A DNA stretch of 64,000 bases from Bacteroidales bacterium (GCA_017554335.1 JAFZIO010000053.1:492-64491), one strand, 5' to 3'. Positions 30,487-39,829 are shown, counted from the first letter of the stretch. The notes: generated by a model not told the origin, from the sequence alone. Numbers and translations are program-made.

Positions 30487-30793
30487 CCGAGAAAAGGCCG
30501 CAAGCGTCAGCGCAGCGGGCTAATCTCGTCCTCTACCCGCGGGGACCCCGTCCGCCCTTTCTTCGAACCTGCCGGAGACTCTCCTTTTCCACTTTCTGAC
30601 AGAAAATGCCGTGAATCCTGTCAGCTGGGACGAAAAATTGGCGTTTCTGACAGAAAATGCGGTGAATCCTGTCAGATTGCCGAGTATTTGGGCATATCTG
30701 ACATATTATCGGCCAAAAGCTGTCAGGAATCAACGGATTATCCCGAGAAAAGGCTGCAAGCGTCAGCGTAGCGGGCTAATCTCGTCCCTCCGC
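30487..30793 (+). repeat. Two ~50-bp direct repeats ending in degenerate tRNA-Ser 3' ends
   Basis: CCGAGAAAAGGCyGCAAGCGTCAGCGyAGCGGGCTAATCTCGTCC at ~30487-30534 and ~30743-30793. Confidence 0.85.
30596..30726. repeat. Array of three CTGACA-Nn-CTGTCAG hairpins, copy A
   Basis: ~51-bp period; homologous array at ~48947-49076. Confidence 0.85.
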
Positions 30794-30799
30794 TTCCTA

Positions 30800-31578
30800 T
30801 TATGGTTGAGAAATGCGACACAACAAATCCTCTGGAGTAAGGGCACTCATCAATGAAAAAGCAAACCACTTCTTTCCAAGGTCCTTTAACGAGGCCCCTA
30901 TGTGGTAAACTTTATCGTCAATAATGAGAAAACGGTCGTGGGCTTTGTTGAAAGAATGAATATCAATGGCCGGGTACTGGGCATTATGCCTTGTGATATC
31001 AAGTTGCTCACGAATTCATAAGCGTCAAATATTTGGCCGTCGTAGAAGATACCTTGTTTAGGTTCCAGAGACTTTTCTTCTAATTTGGCAAATACCTGGT
31101 CAAACTTATGATCGTTTTCCAGAAGCTTGTACTCAATGTGTTCTAGGCGTTGAAATACTGGAGCATTTGCAGCTAAAAATCTTCGCATTGCCACAAAAGC
31201 ATCAACTACACGGCCGCTAATTTCTATTGCCTCATCACTATGAAGGACTGAAGAGAGCATCACAACTCCGTGTTCCGAAAAAGCATATGGGCAAAAAGAG
31301 CTATGCTTCAATGATTCGAACCTATCGCAATTTGCGATAAGATCATTTGTTTCAATTTCAGTGAGTTGGAAGCGATATCTCTCAGGAAAACGTTTTATGT
31401 TACGTTTAACTTGTTCATTAAGGCGGGAGGTCTTTACTCCATACAGTTCAGCCAAGTCTCTATCAAGAATCACTTGAGCGCCACGAATCGTAATGATTCT
31501 ATTCTCAATGGGATTATTAATCTGGTCGCAGAGCACGACCTCTTTTGTTTCGGTACGTTTTCTTTCTTCCGTTTTCAT
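30800..31578 (-). pseudogene. ORF6N-domain DNA-binding protein with internal deletion/frameshift
   Basis: IRGAQVILDRDLAELYGV...PYAFSEHGVVMLSSVL; the C-terminal HDRFLIIDDKVYHIGASLKDLGKKWFAF lies in another frame. Confidence 0.8.
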
Positions 31579-31729
31579 AGCCGTTTTGTTTAAGTTCTTG
31601 CAAATATAGTTAAAACGATAATTAATCCTAATCTTCCTCCATATTATTCATAAAGGCGAGCTGCACGATTTGCGGTCGAGAATTTCGACCACAAATGTAT
31701 CTGTGATGAACCGCAATCCTGGCGTCACT

Positions 31730-31817
31730 GTCGCCGGTGGTGCTTTGGGATGGACCTCCGACAGCAAAAAGGGCCAAAAATGTCGTCGGAGGTACCAGCG
31801 ATTGGAGCTCCGACGAC
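31730..31817. repeat. REP/BIME-like 88-bp element, diverged copy 3
   Basis: Same length and core TGGACCTCCG.CAGCAAAAAGGGCCAAAAATG as copies 1 and 2. Confidence 0.8.
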
Positions 31818-31839
31818 ACTTTAAGCTCGAAGACTGTGA

Positions 31840-32025
31840 CTATTCTGTTTCTCCATACATCTCATCTAGAGTTTTAAAATAAGGATTGTTATCCGGGATT
31901 GGATCTTCGATACATATATCGCCTAATGCCTCTGGGTCAGGCGGTAGCGGACTGCATCCCATAGCTTCTCGATCAATTATTTCGGAATCCGGTGCCGAGT
32001 AATGGTCAATTCTAGTCTTTTTCAT
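31840..32025 (-). CDS. Hypothetical small protein
   Basis: ATG ORF co-oriented downstream of clpP. Confidence 0.4.
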   Translation of the reverse strand: MKKTRIDHYSAPDSEIIDREAMGCSPLPPDPEALGDICIEDPIPDNNPYFKTLDEMYGETE

Positions 32026-32044
32026 GCCTTAAATGTAGTCATTA

Positions 32045-32287
32045 TTATTCGTTTTTGTATCGATACATCATAGAACTTATGCTCGTTAAGATTCGCTTAA
32101 TCGGAAAGAATTCCCGGCCCGGGAAGATCAGGCCGAGAATCCAAGCAATGACCCACCAGCATAGAAGGAGAATGCCAATATAAGGGGCCAGCATAAGTAT
32201 CACAAGGCAGAGATATACCAGCCAAAAGAATCGAAGACAACCATTCATTGCGTTTACGCTGTCGGAGTATTTAGGATTTCTTTCCAT
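32045..32287 (-). CDS. Small membrane protein
   Basis: Long hydrophobic stretch; overlaps end of clpP; start uncertain. Confidence 0.5.
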   Translation of the reverse strand: MERNPKYSDSVNAMNGCLRFFWLVYLCLVILMLAPYIGILLLCWWVIAWILGLIFPGREFFPIKRILTSISSMMYRYKNE

Positions 32288-32945
32288 CGCGAGTAAGTAT
32301 CCTGTCAATCATCCCATACTCCAACGCCTCGGAGGCACTCATCCAGTAGTTGCGATCGCCGTCGGCCGACACCTTCTCCACCGGCTGGCCGCAGTGCTCC
32401 GCGATGATCCCGAACAGCTCCCGGCGGCTCTTCTCTATCTCCCGCGCCTCGATGAGGATATCCTCCGCCTGGCCGCGCACGCCCCCGAGCGGCTGGTGTA
32501 TCATCACCCGGGAATGAGGAAGCGCGCTGCGTTTACCTGCAGCCCCCGCACACAGCAGGACGCTGCCCATCGAAGCCGCCATCCCCGTGCAGATGGTGGC
32601 AACGTCGGACGAAATCAGCTGCATCGTATCGTAGATGCCCAGGCCGTCGCTGACAACTCCGCCGGGGGTATTGAGGTACAGCGAAATGTCCGCCTTCGGG
32701 TCGACGGACGTCAGGAACAGCAGCTGCGCCTGCACGATGTTGGCCACGTCGTTGTCGATGGCGCAGCCCACCCAGATGATGCGGTCCATAAGCAACCGGG
32801 AAAACACATCGATGGAGGTGGCGTTGAGCCGGCGCTCCTCGATGACGGTAGGATTGATGTGATTCACGAAGGCTCCGGTGTAGCTGGAAAGCGTGTTGGA
32901 ACTGATGCCCCTTCCGAGGCTGGCGTATTTCTCGAATTCTGTCAT
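32271..32945 (-). CDS. clpP: ClpP protease paralog (peptidase S14)
   Basis: DVFSRLLMDRII, YLNTPGG, AASMG (Ser), MIHQP (His), DRNYWM. Confidence 0.93.
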   Translation of the reverse strand: MTEFEKYASLGRGISSNTLSSYTGAFVNHINPTVIEERRLNATSIDVFSRLLMDRIIWVGCAIDNDVANIVQAQLLFLTSVDPKADISLYLNTPGGVVSDGLGIYDTMQLISSDVATICTGMAASMGSVLLCAGAAGKRSALPHSRVMIHQPLGGVRGQAEDILIEAREIEKSRRELFGIIAEHCGQPVEKVSADGDRNYWMSASEALEYGMIDRILTRDGKKS

Positions 32946-32947
32946 AA

Positions 32948-34591
32948 CTAAAAACCTATTCTGTTAACCTGTGATTTGACTGATGATTCCTCCCTGCAAT
33001 AAGCGCAGAGAGTATCGTATGACGGCTCCTCCCCCGAGAGGATGCTGTCGATGTTCTGCTTGCGGACGATATTCTCTATCTGCCCGCCGCTGAGATCGAA
33101 CGACGCGGCCAGCTTCCGTGCATCATCGTCCGACAGGAACGGGAACTGCGAAAGCCAGATCTGCGCACGCGGCTCCACCTCCGGCTTGTCGAAGCGGATC
33201 TTGTAAAGGAAACGGCGCTCGAACGCCGGATCGAGGTTCCCCTTGAGGTTAGTCGTCGCTATCATTATGCCGCTGAAGTTCTCCATCTCCTGTAACAGAA
33301 TGTTCTGCACGCTGTTCTCCATACGGTCCACGGAGCGCACCGCGCCTTCCATTCGTGTGCCCAGAATGGCATCCGCCTCATTGAAAAGAAGGATGGGCGT
33401 ACGCTCGTTCTCCTTACACGCGGTACGGTAGTCGGCGAAGAGCGCACGCATGTTCTTCTCCGTCTCGCCGACGTAGCAGTTGCGAAGCTTGGCGACGTCC
33501 GCTTCCAGAATCTGCCGCCCGGTCCGGCGGGCCAGCTGGTACACGGTCTCCGTCTTGCCGGTGCCGGGGTCCCCGTAGAACAGGCAGGTGAAGCCGGTCC
33601 GGAGGCCCTTCGCCTGCATCGAATCAAAGACGTTCTTAAGCGCCCCGTCTTCCAGCAGCGCCCCCAGACGCTCGACCTGCCCCTTCTCCTTCATATTATA
33701 GAATAGCTGCTTGGCAGGCTTGCCGGAGCAGTCGGAGAGGTCGACGGTCTTGAGGGTGGACTTCTTGATATTTGCATCCGCAAACATCTCGTTCACCACC
33801 TCTTCCTTGAACGAGAAGCTGCCGCGGGACTTAATTCCATCAGCATCTGCCGGCACCATCACTCCCGACACCTGCAGCTCAAGCGCTTCGACATCCGACA
33901 GATTCCTGAGAGCGAACATCCAGCTTTCATCGGAAATGTAATCCTCGATATCATTCATATCGAAAACGGTCGTCCCGCGCTTGAAATACATATATGCGCA
34001 CATATAAAACAGCGCCCTCTCGAACTCCGCCAAGGGTTTAGTTTTCAGATGCTTCGCACACGCCGCACTAAAGCTGGTCTGCGGATTGGCGTCGATGAGA
34101 GTCTCAACTTCATCAACAAACTGCGAAGGCTGCAGATTCCCCTCGTATGCAGCTCTCATAAGACTGGAGATGCGATAAAACATAGCCCTGGTGGTCAGTC
34201 CTTCCATCTTCGGTTTCTCAAACGGCTTGTCCTTCATCAGAGACTCGATCACCTCCTGAGGAACCTTGATTTCGCTGGAGCCCTTCATCTGAATGAGCCA
34301 TCTGTCCCTGAGGGCATACAGGTCCTGCGAATGGGACAGCATCTGAAGATAACTCATACCCAGATGCTTGCCCACGGTATTCAACGAGCAGCGTCCGGAA
34401 GAGCTGCACTGAACTATAATGGCAAAGAGCACCGACTGGAACGGAGCAAGTCCCAGCCGCTCCTGAAGATATTCGGTCTCCGTCGAGAACTTTTCCAGAT
34501 GCTCCGGATCCACACGGGCATCTCCCCCGGCGGCATTTCCGTCGAGGATTTGAAGGATGTTGTTAAGTGATTCTGTAATAGTTTTATTCAT
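32948..34591 (-). CDS. AAA+ ATPase (SpoVK/CDC48-like) with large N-terminal region
   Basis: GDPGTGKT Walker A, LLFNEAD Walker B, TTNL...LDPAFERRF second region of homology. Confidence 0.9.
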   Translation of the reverse strand: MNKTITESLNNILQILDGNAAGGDARVDPEHLEKFSTETEYLQERLGLAPFQSVLFAIIVQCSSSGRCSLNTVGKHLGMSYLQMLSHSQDLYALRDRWLIQMKGSSEIKVPQEVIESLMKDKPFEKPKMEGLTTRAMFYRISSLMRAAYEGNLQPSQFVDEVETLIDANPQTSFSAACAKHLKTKPLAEFERALFYMCAYMYFKRGTTVFDMNDIEDYISDESWMFALRNLSDVEALELQVSGVMVPADADGIKSRGSFSFKEEVVNEMFADANIKKSTLKTVDLSDCSGKPAKQLFYNMKEKGQVERLGALLEDGALKNVFDSMQAKGLRTGFTCLFYGDPGTGKTETVYQLARRTGRQILEADVAKLRNCYVGETEKNMRALFADYRTACKENERTPILLFNEADAILGTRMEGAVRSVDRMENSVQNILLQEMENFSGIMIATTNLKGNLDPAFERRFLYKIRFDKPEVEPRAQIWLSQFPFLSDDDARKLAASFDLSGGQIENIVRKQNIDSILSGEEPSYDTLCAYCREESSVKSQVNRIGF

Positions 34592-34603
34592 CTTTATTGT
34601 GTG

Positions 34604-36490
34604 TTATCTGTTGACTGTCGGCCAGACCCTACGGCCGTACCTTTCATTAAATACTCCTGTCCATCTATTGGGGACTAACAGTTTAGCCATATTGAAACAG
34701 AGAGAAAAAGAGTTTGGCTGGAGAGAAGTAACCGTTTCAGGAACCTCAACTTCCCTGAGACCAGTAAGGCTGAAAGCACACGCCCCGATTTCGTGAAGGC
34801 CATCAGGGAATTGTGCGTCACGAAGGGACTTGCACCGCTCGAAGGCGTTTGCTTCTATTCGCTTCAAACCATCAGGGAGTATTACTTCCGCCAGTTTTTC
34901 GCAACCCTGGAAAGCGTTTTTGCCAATGGTTTCAACACTATCCGAGATTATTACGCGTCGAAGCGAGCCACATTCGCGGAACAATGCAGGGGCTATACTT
35001 TTCAGTCTGGAAGGGAGTCTGACTTCCTCCAACCCAGAGCACCACTCAAAAGCCCCCTCTTCTATTGATGTTACACTTTCAGGAATTGTAATGGATTTGA
35101 GGCTACAACAGCCTTTGAATGCATGTTCTGAGATGCGACGCAGGCGGGACGGCAGATTGATTGAGACCAGTGAACGACACCCCTCAAAAGCCTTATAGCC
35201 TATACTGGTAATTCTCGAAGGTAAGTGAATTTCCGTTATGCTTGAGCATCCTTCGAAAGCGTAAGAGGGAATCTTTTTCGTTTGGGACGACAGATTAACA
35301 GATGTAAGGGAACGGCACCCCATAAACATGGCCCGGCTAATTGTAGTATCTTTAGACGGCATCCTTATAGTTTGGATCGTTTCGTTGTTCCTGAATAATC
35401 CTTCTGCTATCTCTTCAATAGAATCCGGAAGAATCAATTCCTTTATCCTGGGACTCTTAAGCATATCGATATTTGGTATTCGCTTTATCGAAGGAGGTAT
35501 AACCAGACGACCTTGCTCCAGATCACTCTTGCCGCCTAATTCTTTTTCCTGCTTGGCTTTCATTCCGGGCCAAATCCTCATTATCCTTTGCCCTTCCCAA
35601 TAGTATCCTTTCGAATACGGAACCTGATCTTCGAGTGAATGGTACTTCTCACACAATCCGTAATCTTTGTTTCCTGTGTATAGAGGGCTATGAATCTTAA
35701 TGGTCTCTTCTGTGAAACAGTCTATCGTACAGAGAGCCCTTCTTTGTAGCGCATCACCTTTGAGTAAAATATCTTTCTTTTCGTCGCCGTATGTGGGTCT
35801 GTCAAACCGGTCCCACCAGGTTCTTTGTTTACCAGCGCTGGCTGAGAAGGCGACCAGAGAGCCGTGTTTGAACGCCACTTGTTTAGGGTATGCGCTGTAG
35901 TGCTGCCAATAGTGCTCGGAATATTGCGTGAGAATACCGTCTTGATTGGCCTGCAACAGACACCACGGATTGCAACGTGTGCCAAAGTGAGTATTGATAA
36001 TCAGTCGCATGTTGATTCTTGACTCCTGAGTCTCTTCCACGTCGTATATCGCGAGCCCGTTATCCAGCCTTCTGTTAAGATGTAAGGTTGATACCGTATC
36101 GGGATCTATCGGTTTCCCCTCGCGGTTCAACTTTTCGAATGAGTTGATAATGTCCATCGGACGGTCGTACTGAAGCGGATTGACGTGATTGATGCCGGCG
36201 ACCTTAACGGCCTGCAGAATCTTGTTTTCGTCTTCCGGAAGAATTACCGTTCCGCGGCAGAACCATTTGCAAGCCGCCCTCTGTGCAACCGGTGTATTAT
36301 AAGTGTCCAAATAGAGGATCCATTTAAGGATATCGGGACCGACGTCCTCTCTGTCGGCCCCGTTGACTGTCAGTTTCTTTTCAAGTTGACGGGCAAGAAT
36401 CGATAATTGCCCACGAGACATCGGGTTCCCATTCTCAGGCTTATGAGCAATGGGATATTCCCGTAAGATGTATTCTTGGATTTTATTCAA
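34604..36490 (-). CDS. Uncharacterised N-terminal domain fused to BspA-type LRR_5 repeats
   Basis: About 10 C-terminal IxxxAFxGCxSL repeats; N-terminal THFG..NPWCLLQ...WWDR; no signal peptide; start uncertain. Confidence 0.75.
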   Translation of the reverse strand: MNKIQEYILREYPIAHKPENGNPMSRGQLSILARQLEKKLTVNGADREDVGPDILKWILYLDTYNTPVAQRAACKWFCRGTVILPEDENKILQAVKVAGINHVNPLQYDRPMDIINSFEKLNREGKPIDPDTVSTLHLNRRLDNGLAIYDVEETQESRINMRLIINTHFGTRCNPWCLLQANQDGILTQYSEHYWQHYSAYPKQVAFKHGSLVAFSASAGKQRTWWDRFDRPTYGDEKKDILLKGDALQRRALCTIDCFTEETIKIHSPLYTGNKDYGLCEKYHSLEDQVPYSKGYYWEGQRIMRIWPGMKAKQEKELGGKSDLEQGRLVIPPSIKRIPNIDMLKSPRIKELILPDSIEEIAEGLFRNNETIQTIRMPSKDTTISRAMFMGCRSLTSVNLSSQTKKIPSYAFEGCSSITEIHLPSRITSIGYKAFEGCRSLVSINLPSRLRRISEHAFKGCCSLKSITIPESVTSIEEGAFEWCSGLEEVRLPSRLKSIAPALFRECGSLRRVIISDSVETIGKNAFQGCEKLAEVILPDGLKRIEANAFERCKSLRDAQFPDGLHEIGACAFSLTGLREVEVPETVTSLQPNSFSLCFNMAKLLVPNRWTGVFNERYGRRVWPTVNR

Positions 36491-36513
36491 GTTGATATAT
36501 CTAATAAGTTGTA

Positions 36514-37257
36514 CTACACTGATTCAAGTTTTGCAAATCGCAACGTTAAGAGTTTCTCTCCGGCTTCTTCAAAATCCACGACGACCCGGTCTTTCTGTTT
36601 CGATATGATTATTCCCTTTCCGAACTTGGGATGTTTGACGGCTTGACCGATTTGGAAAGAATCCACCAGTTCTTTCATCGTTTCACCGTACTTGGTATCA
36701 ACACCCTCGTATGAAGGGTAGTTACCTTCAACGTAAGCCTTGATGAGTGCAGCGTGTGACAGGGGGGATGATGCATCCTCGATATCGGGATTAGTGGCGT
36801 AGTCCAGGAGAATAACCGTATGGTTCAGAGAGAGATTCCGTATAAACTCCACCTCGCTGTGAGCCTTGTTGTCCAACACCCATTTATAGGTGGGAAGATA
36901 GAGTATCTTACGGGCGTCAACATACCCGAGCAGCTCCGGGGAGCCAACCCCTTTCCGATGGCCCTTCAGGTGACCGTACTTGCGGGTTGTCCGTTTGAGG
37001 TTCTTCATAGTAGTGTTCTTGAATAAATCATAATCGGTTCCTACTAATTCATAATCTTTCAGTCCTTGCCAAACAGATTCAACGCTCATCGCCTTCCATC
37101 CGGGCGAGAACGGTACCGGGATTCCCCCGTGAGGATAAAAAGGGCTGAGTTTGATCAACTCATCTTTTGCGTGAGAAGTTACATCACAGATAAAAGCATT
37201 AGGGTAATCTTTTCTGAGTTTTTCTAAATTACATTTGTGATTCTTGATAATAATCAT
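36514..37257 (-). CDS. DUF6939 (NADAR-like) protein with C-terminal PcrA/UvrD-type Tudor domain
   Basis: LSPFYPHGGIPVP...SVESVWQGLK; C-terminal FQIGQAVKHPKFGKGII...VVVDFEEAGEKLL. Confidence 0.7.
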   Translation of the reverse strand: MIIIKNHKCNLEKLRKDYPNAFICDVTSHAKDELIKLSPFYPHGGIPVPFSPGWKAMSVESVWQGLKDYELVGTDYDLFKNTTMKNLKRTTRKYGHLKGHRKGVGSPELLGYVDARKILYLPTYKWVLDNKAHSEVEFIRNLSLNHTVILLDYATNPDIEDASSPLSHAALIKAYVEGNYPSYEGVDTKYGETMKELVDSFQIGQAVKHPKFGKGIIISKQKDRVVVDFEEAGEKLLTLRFAKLESV

Positions 37258-37456
37258 ATAAACCTTTTCTATTATATTTTATTAATAAACAACAGTATAC
37301 GATTAATGTGAACGCGTTGAAAAACACGTTCTAAAGAACAACAGCATTATTTCAAAGAACTATCAGAATACATATTTCAGTATTCTAAAATCATATATTT
37401 CAATGATTTTTAGTTGAACGAAAATATATTATAGAACCGAATTATCGAAAACCACC

Positions 37457-37487
37457 TTGCCAGAATACGGCAAAATGATTATATTTG
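37457..37487 (+). promoter_or_regulatory. Palindromic operator next to a Bacteroidetes -7 promoter box
   Basis: TTGCC-AGAATAC-GGCAA (37457-37473) then TATATTTG (37480-37487). Confidence 0.6.
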
Positions 37488-37511
37488 TCAAACCACGAAC
37501 TAACTGACCAC

Positions 37512-38891
37512 ATGATTTATATCGAAGATAAATATGACCACGAGGTCAAGAAGCTGGTCAAATGGGATGTTTTACGTAATAAGTATCCATTTGCATCCAT
37601 CATCGATGTAACTTCGGCCTCCCCATCTCGTTTTAAAAAGTTCAGCCCTTTTTACCCGCACGGAAATATACCTGTTCCATATTCTCCGGGGTGGACTTCC
37701 TTCAGCGTGGAAGGAATCTGGCAAGGCCTTAAAGTGTTTGAGCATTCCGGCATGGACACCAGACTGTTTTATAACAGCACGATGAGGAACCTCAAGCGCC
37801 CTTTTAAAAAAGGAAATCGCGTGTTGGGGCATCGTCAGGGCGTTCACGGCAGCCTGATCAAGTTGATGAGCATAGCTGAAGCCCGCAGACAGATATACCT
37901 TCCTTCATATCTTTGGGTGCTTGAACATAATCTCGCAGATCTCGTAGAGGAATTAAAGCATCAGGCCGAGACTCTAGACATTGTACTCCTTGATTTCAAT
38001 ACCGGCATGGATATAGAAGATCCCACCAATGCCCTTTCCCATGCCGGTCTTATAAAAGCACATATAGAAGGAACATATCCCGAGTTCAATCGGTATGGGC
38101 TCTATGAGTTACCGGGGGACCCGAATCTTGCAAACGTGTTCAGCAAGGGCCTTTGGGTGTCTCACAATCAATACGGGGCCGGAGAGATTGTGAAGCTTGA
38201 GTCATTCCACGCTCAAGTTCAATTCGACAAGGAAAAGAAAGACATAGATTTATATTCCGAAAGACTGGTTCCGCTGGACCCTGCTGAGTCATTCGTCTAT
38301 CAAAACGTCAAGCTCAAAAAGATTCAAGACAAGGATGAACTGGAGGTGGTCGGCTGCGCCAATGCTTTACTGAGCAAGGTTCAAATTCCTGAGCAGCTGT
38401 GCATTAACGAACAATGCCACCCCGTCACGGCCATTGGCAAGGCGGCCTTCTCCAATATGAAGAGACTGACAGATATTGCTATACCTTCGAGCGTTACCGC
38501 CATTCATCCCTACGCTTTTGTGGGCAGCGGCGGTATCCGCCAGGTTCGCACGGAAACCAGCAGAACAGAGAGCTCCACCTTCGTCGTGAATGCCGCCGGC
38601 CGTTGGGGCGCTCTGGCCGACACCGCAAAACAACAAACGGCAATCCCCTTCGAATACGATGACATTCATTTGTACGCCGGTCGCGCTGTTGCAAAACAAA
38701 CTATTCCATTCCGGTATTTCCTGGTCTGCAAGCATAAAAAGTGGGGCCTGTTGAGCAAGCAGGGATATCAGTTGATTCCCTGTATCTACGATTCACTGAC
38801 CCCCAAAGAGACCGACGGGCTGCTCGTGGGGTTTGAATTCCGACTGGATCAGGAGACCGGAACAATCAACGCAAAAGGAGAGAGATTATGA
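37512..38891 (+). CDS. Multidomain protein: DUF6939 (NADAR-like), Tudor-like, LRR_5, WG repeats
   Basis: FSPFYPHGNIPVP...SVEGIWQGLK; VSHNQYGAGEI; VTAIGKAAF; KKWGLLSKQGYQLIPCIYD. Confidence 0.72.
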   Translation: MIYIEDKYDHEVKKLVKWDVLRNKYPFASIIDVTSASPSRFKKFSPFYPHGNIPVPYSPGWTSFSVEGIWQGLKVFEHSGMDTRLFYNSTMRNLKRPFKKGNRVLGHRQGVHGSLIKLMSIAEARRQIYLPSYLWVLEHNLADLVEELKHQAETLDIVLLDFNTGMDIEDPTNALSHAGLIKAHIEGTYPEFNRYGLYELPGDPNLANVFSKGLWVSHNQYGAGEIVKLESFHAQVQFDKEKKDIDLYSERLVPLDPAESFVYQNVKLKKIQDKDELEVVGCANALLSKVQIPEQLCINEQCHPVTAIGKAAFSNMKRLTDIAIPSSVTAIHPYAFVGSGGIRQVRTETSRTESSTFVVNAAGRWGALADTAKQQTAIPFEYDDIHLYAGRAVAKQTIPFRYFLVCKHKKWGLLSKQGYQLIPCIYDSLTPKETDGLLVGFEFRLDQETGTINAKGERL

Positions 38892-39829
38892 GAGCCAACG
38901 ACATAATAGGCCGATATATTTGGCTTGTCGACCTTCTTTATCAAGAAGAGGGGTTGACCCTTCGTCAGATTCAAGAAGCATGGGGCAAGGAGTATTCGGA
39001 CCGCACCTTCCACCGCGACGTCGACGACATAGCCGGTCTGTTCGGAATTCATATAATATATGACCGTTCTTCCGGCAAATGGCTGATAGACTTGAAAGAC
39101 GACTATCTGGCCTCGGAGCGCAAGAAAGAACTGATGTCCATCATCTCCATGAACAACGCCGTCAGAGAGTATGGGGAAGATGTTCTTGAGAACAGAATTC
39201 TTTATGAGGAAGTGCCGCGGACAAAGCCTGAGTGGATTCGGATGGCCGTCAAGGCTATGAGTCAGGGTAAGAAGCTGTCTATCAAGTACAACACCAAGTA
39301 CAATGATGCCGATTGTGCTTGGCGGGATGTCGCACCGTATTGTATAAAAATGTATAAGCGCCGCTGGTATATGCTGGCGAAGGAGGATAAGGGAGTATCT
39401 CCTAAAACCTTCTGCCTGGACGACCGGATGTTGGCGATGAAAGAAACCGACCGGGTCTTCAAGCAGCCGGAGGATTTTGATGCAAACGCATTCTTCAAGG
39501 ACGCCTTCGGCATCACAACCGGACGTCCCGTAACCATTCGGGTCAAGACATTTGATAATGAAACACAATACTGGCGCTCGGCGCCGCTCCATCCGTCACA
39601 AAAGGAAATAGAGACGCACGACGGTTATTCCGTCTTTCAGTTGTCCGTGCCCACGCATACAGTCAACGGCCACCGTGTGTGGGAATTCTATCAGGAGCTC
39701 TTTTCCCGTATAGACCAGATCGAGGTGCTGGAACCAGAATACCTTCGCAACGACATGGCGGATTATGCAAGTAAGATTTTGGCCCGCTATGACACAAAAC
39801 GGCAAGATGAAGTTGCAAATCCGGAGTAA
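38888..39829 (+). CDS. WYL-domain transcriptional regulator (wHTH-WYL-WCX)
   Basis: RTFHRDVDDI HTH; VAPYCIKMYKRRWYMLA; FCLDDRM; IEVLEPEYLR. Confidence 0.92.
   Translation: MRANDIIGRYIWLVDLLYQEEGLTLRQIQEAWGKEYSDRTFHRDVDDIAGLFGIHIIYDRSSGKWLIDLKDDYLASERKKELMSIISMNNAVREYGEDVLENRILYEEVPRTKPEWIRMAVKAMSQGKKLSIKYNTKYNDADCAWRDVAPYCIKMYKRRWYMLAKEDKGVSPKTFCLDDRMLAMKETDRVFKQPEDFDANAFFKDAFGITTGRPVTIRVKTFDNETQYWRSAPLHPSQKEIETHDGYSVFQLSVPTHTVNGHRVWEFYQELFSRIDQIEVLEPEYLRNDMADYASKILARYDTKRQDEVANPE

Noticed and set aside
30596-30726. Possible mini-CRISPR array
   Set aside because: Units are diverged, spacers are only ~22 bp and one is shared with the second locus, and no cas genes are present; it fits a REP-like repeat better.
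34640-35480. LRR repeats as a diversity-generating retroelement target
   Set aside because: No reverse transcriptase and no template/variable repeat pair differing only at adenines.
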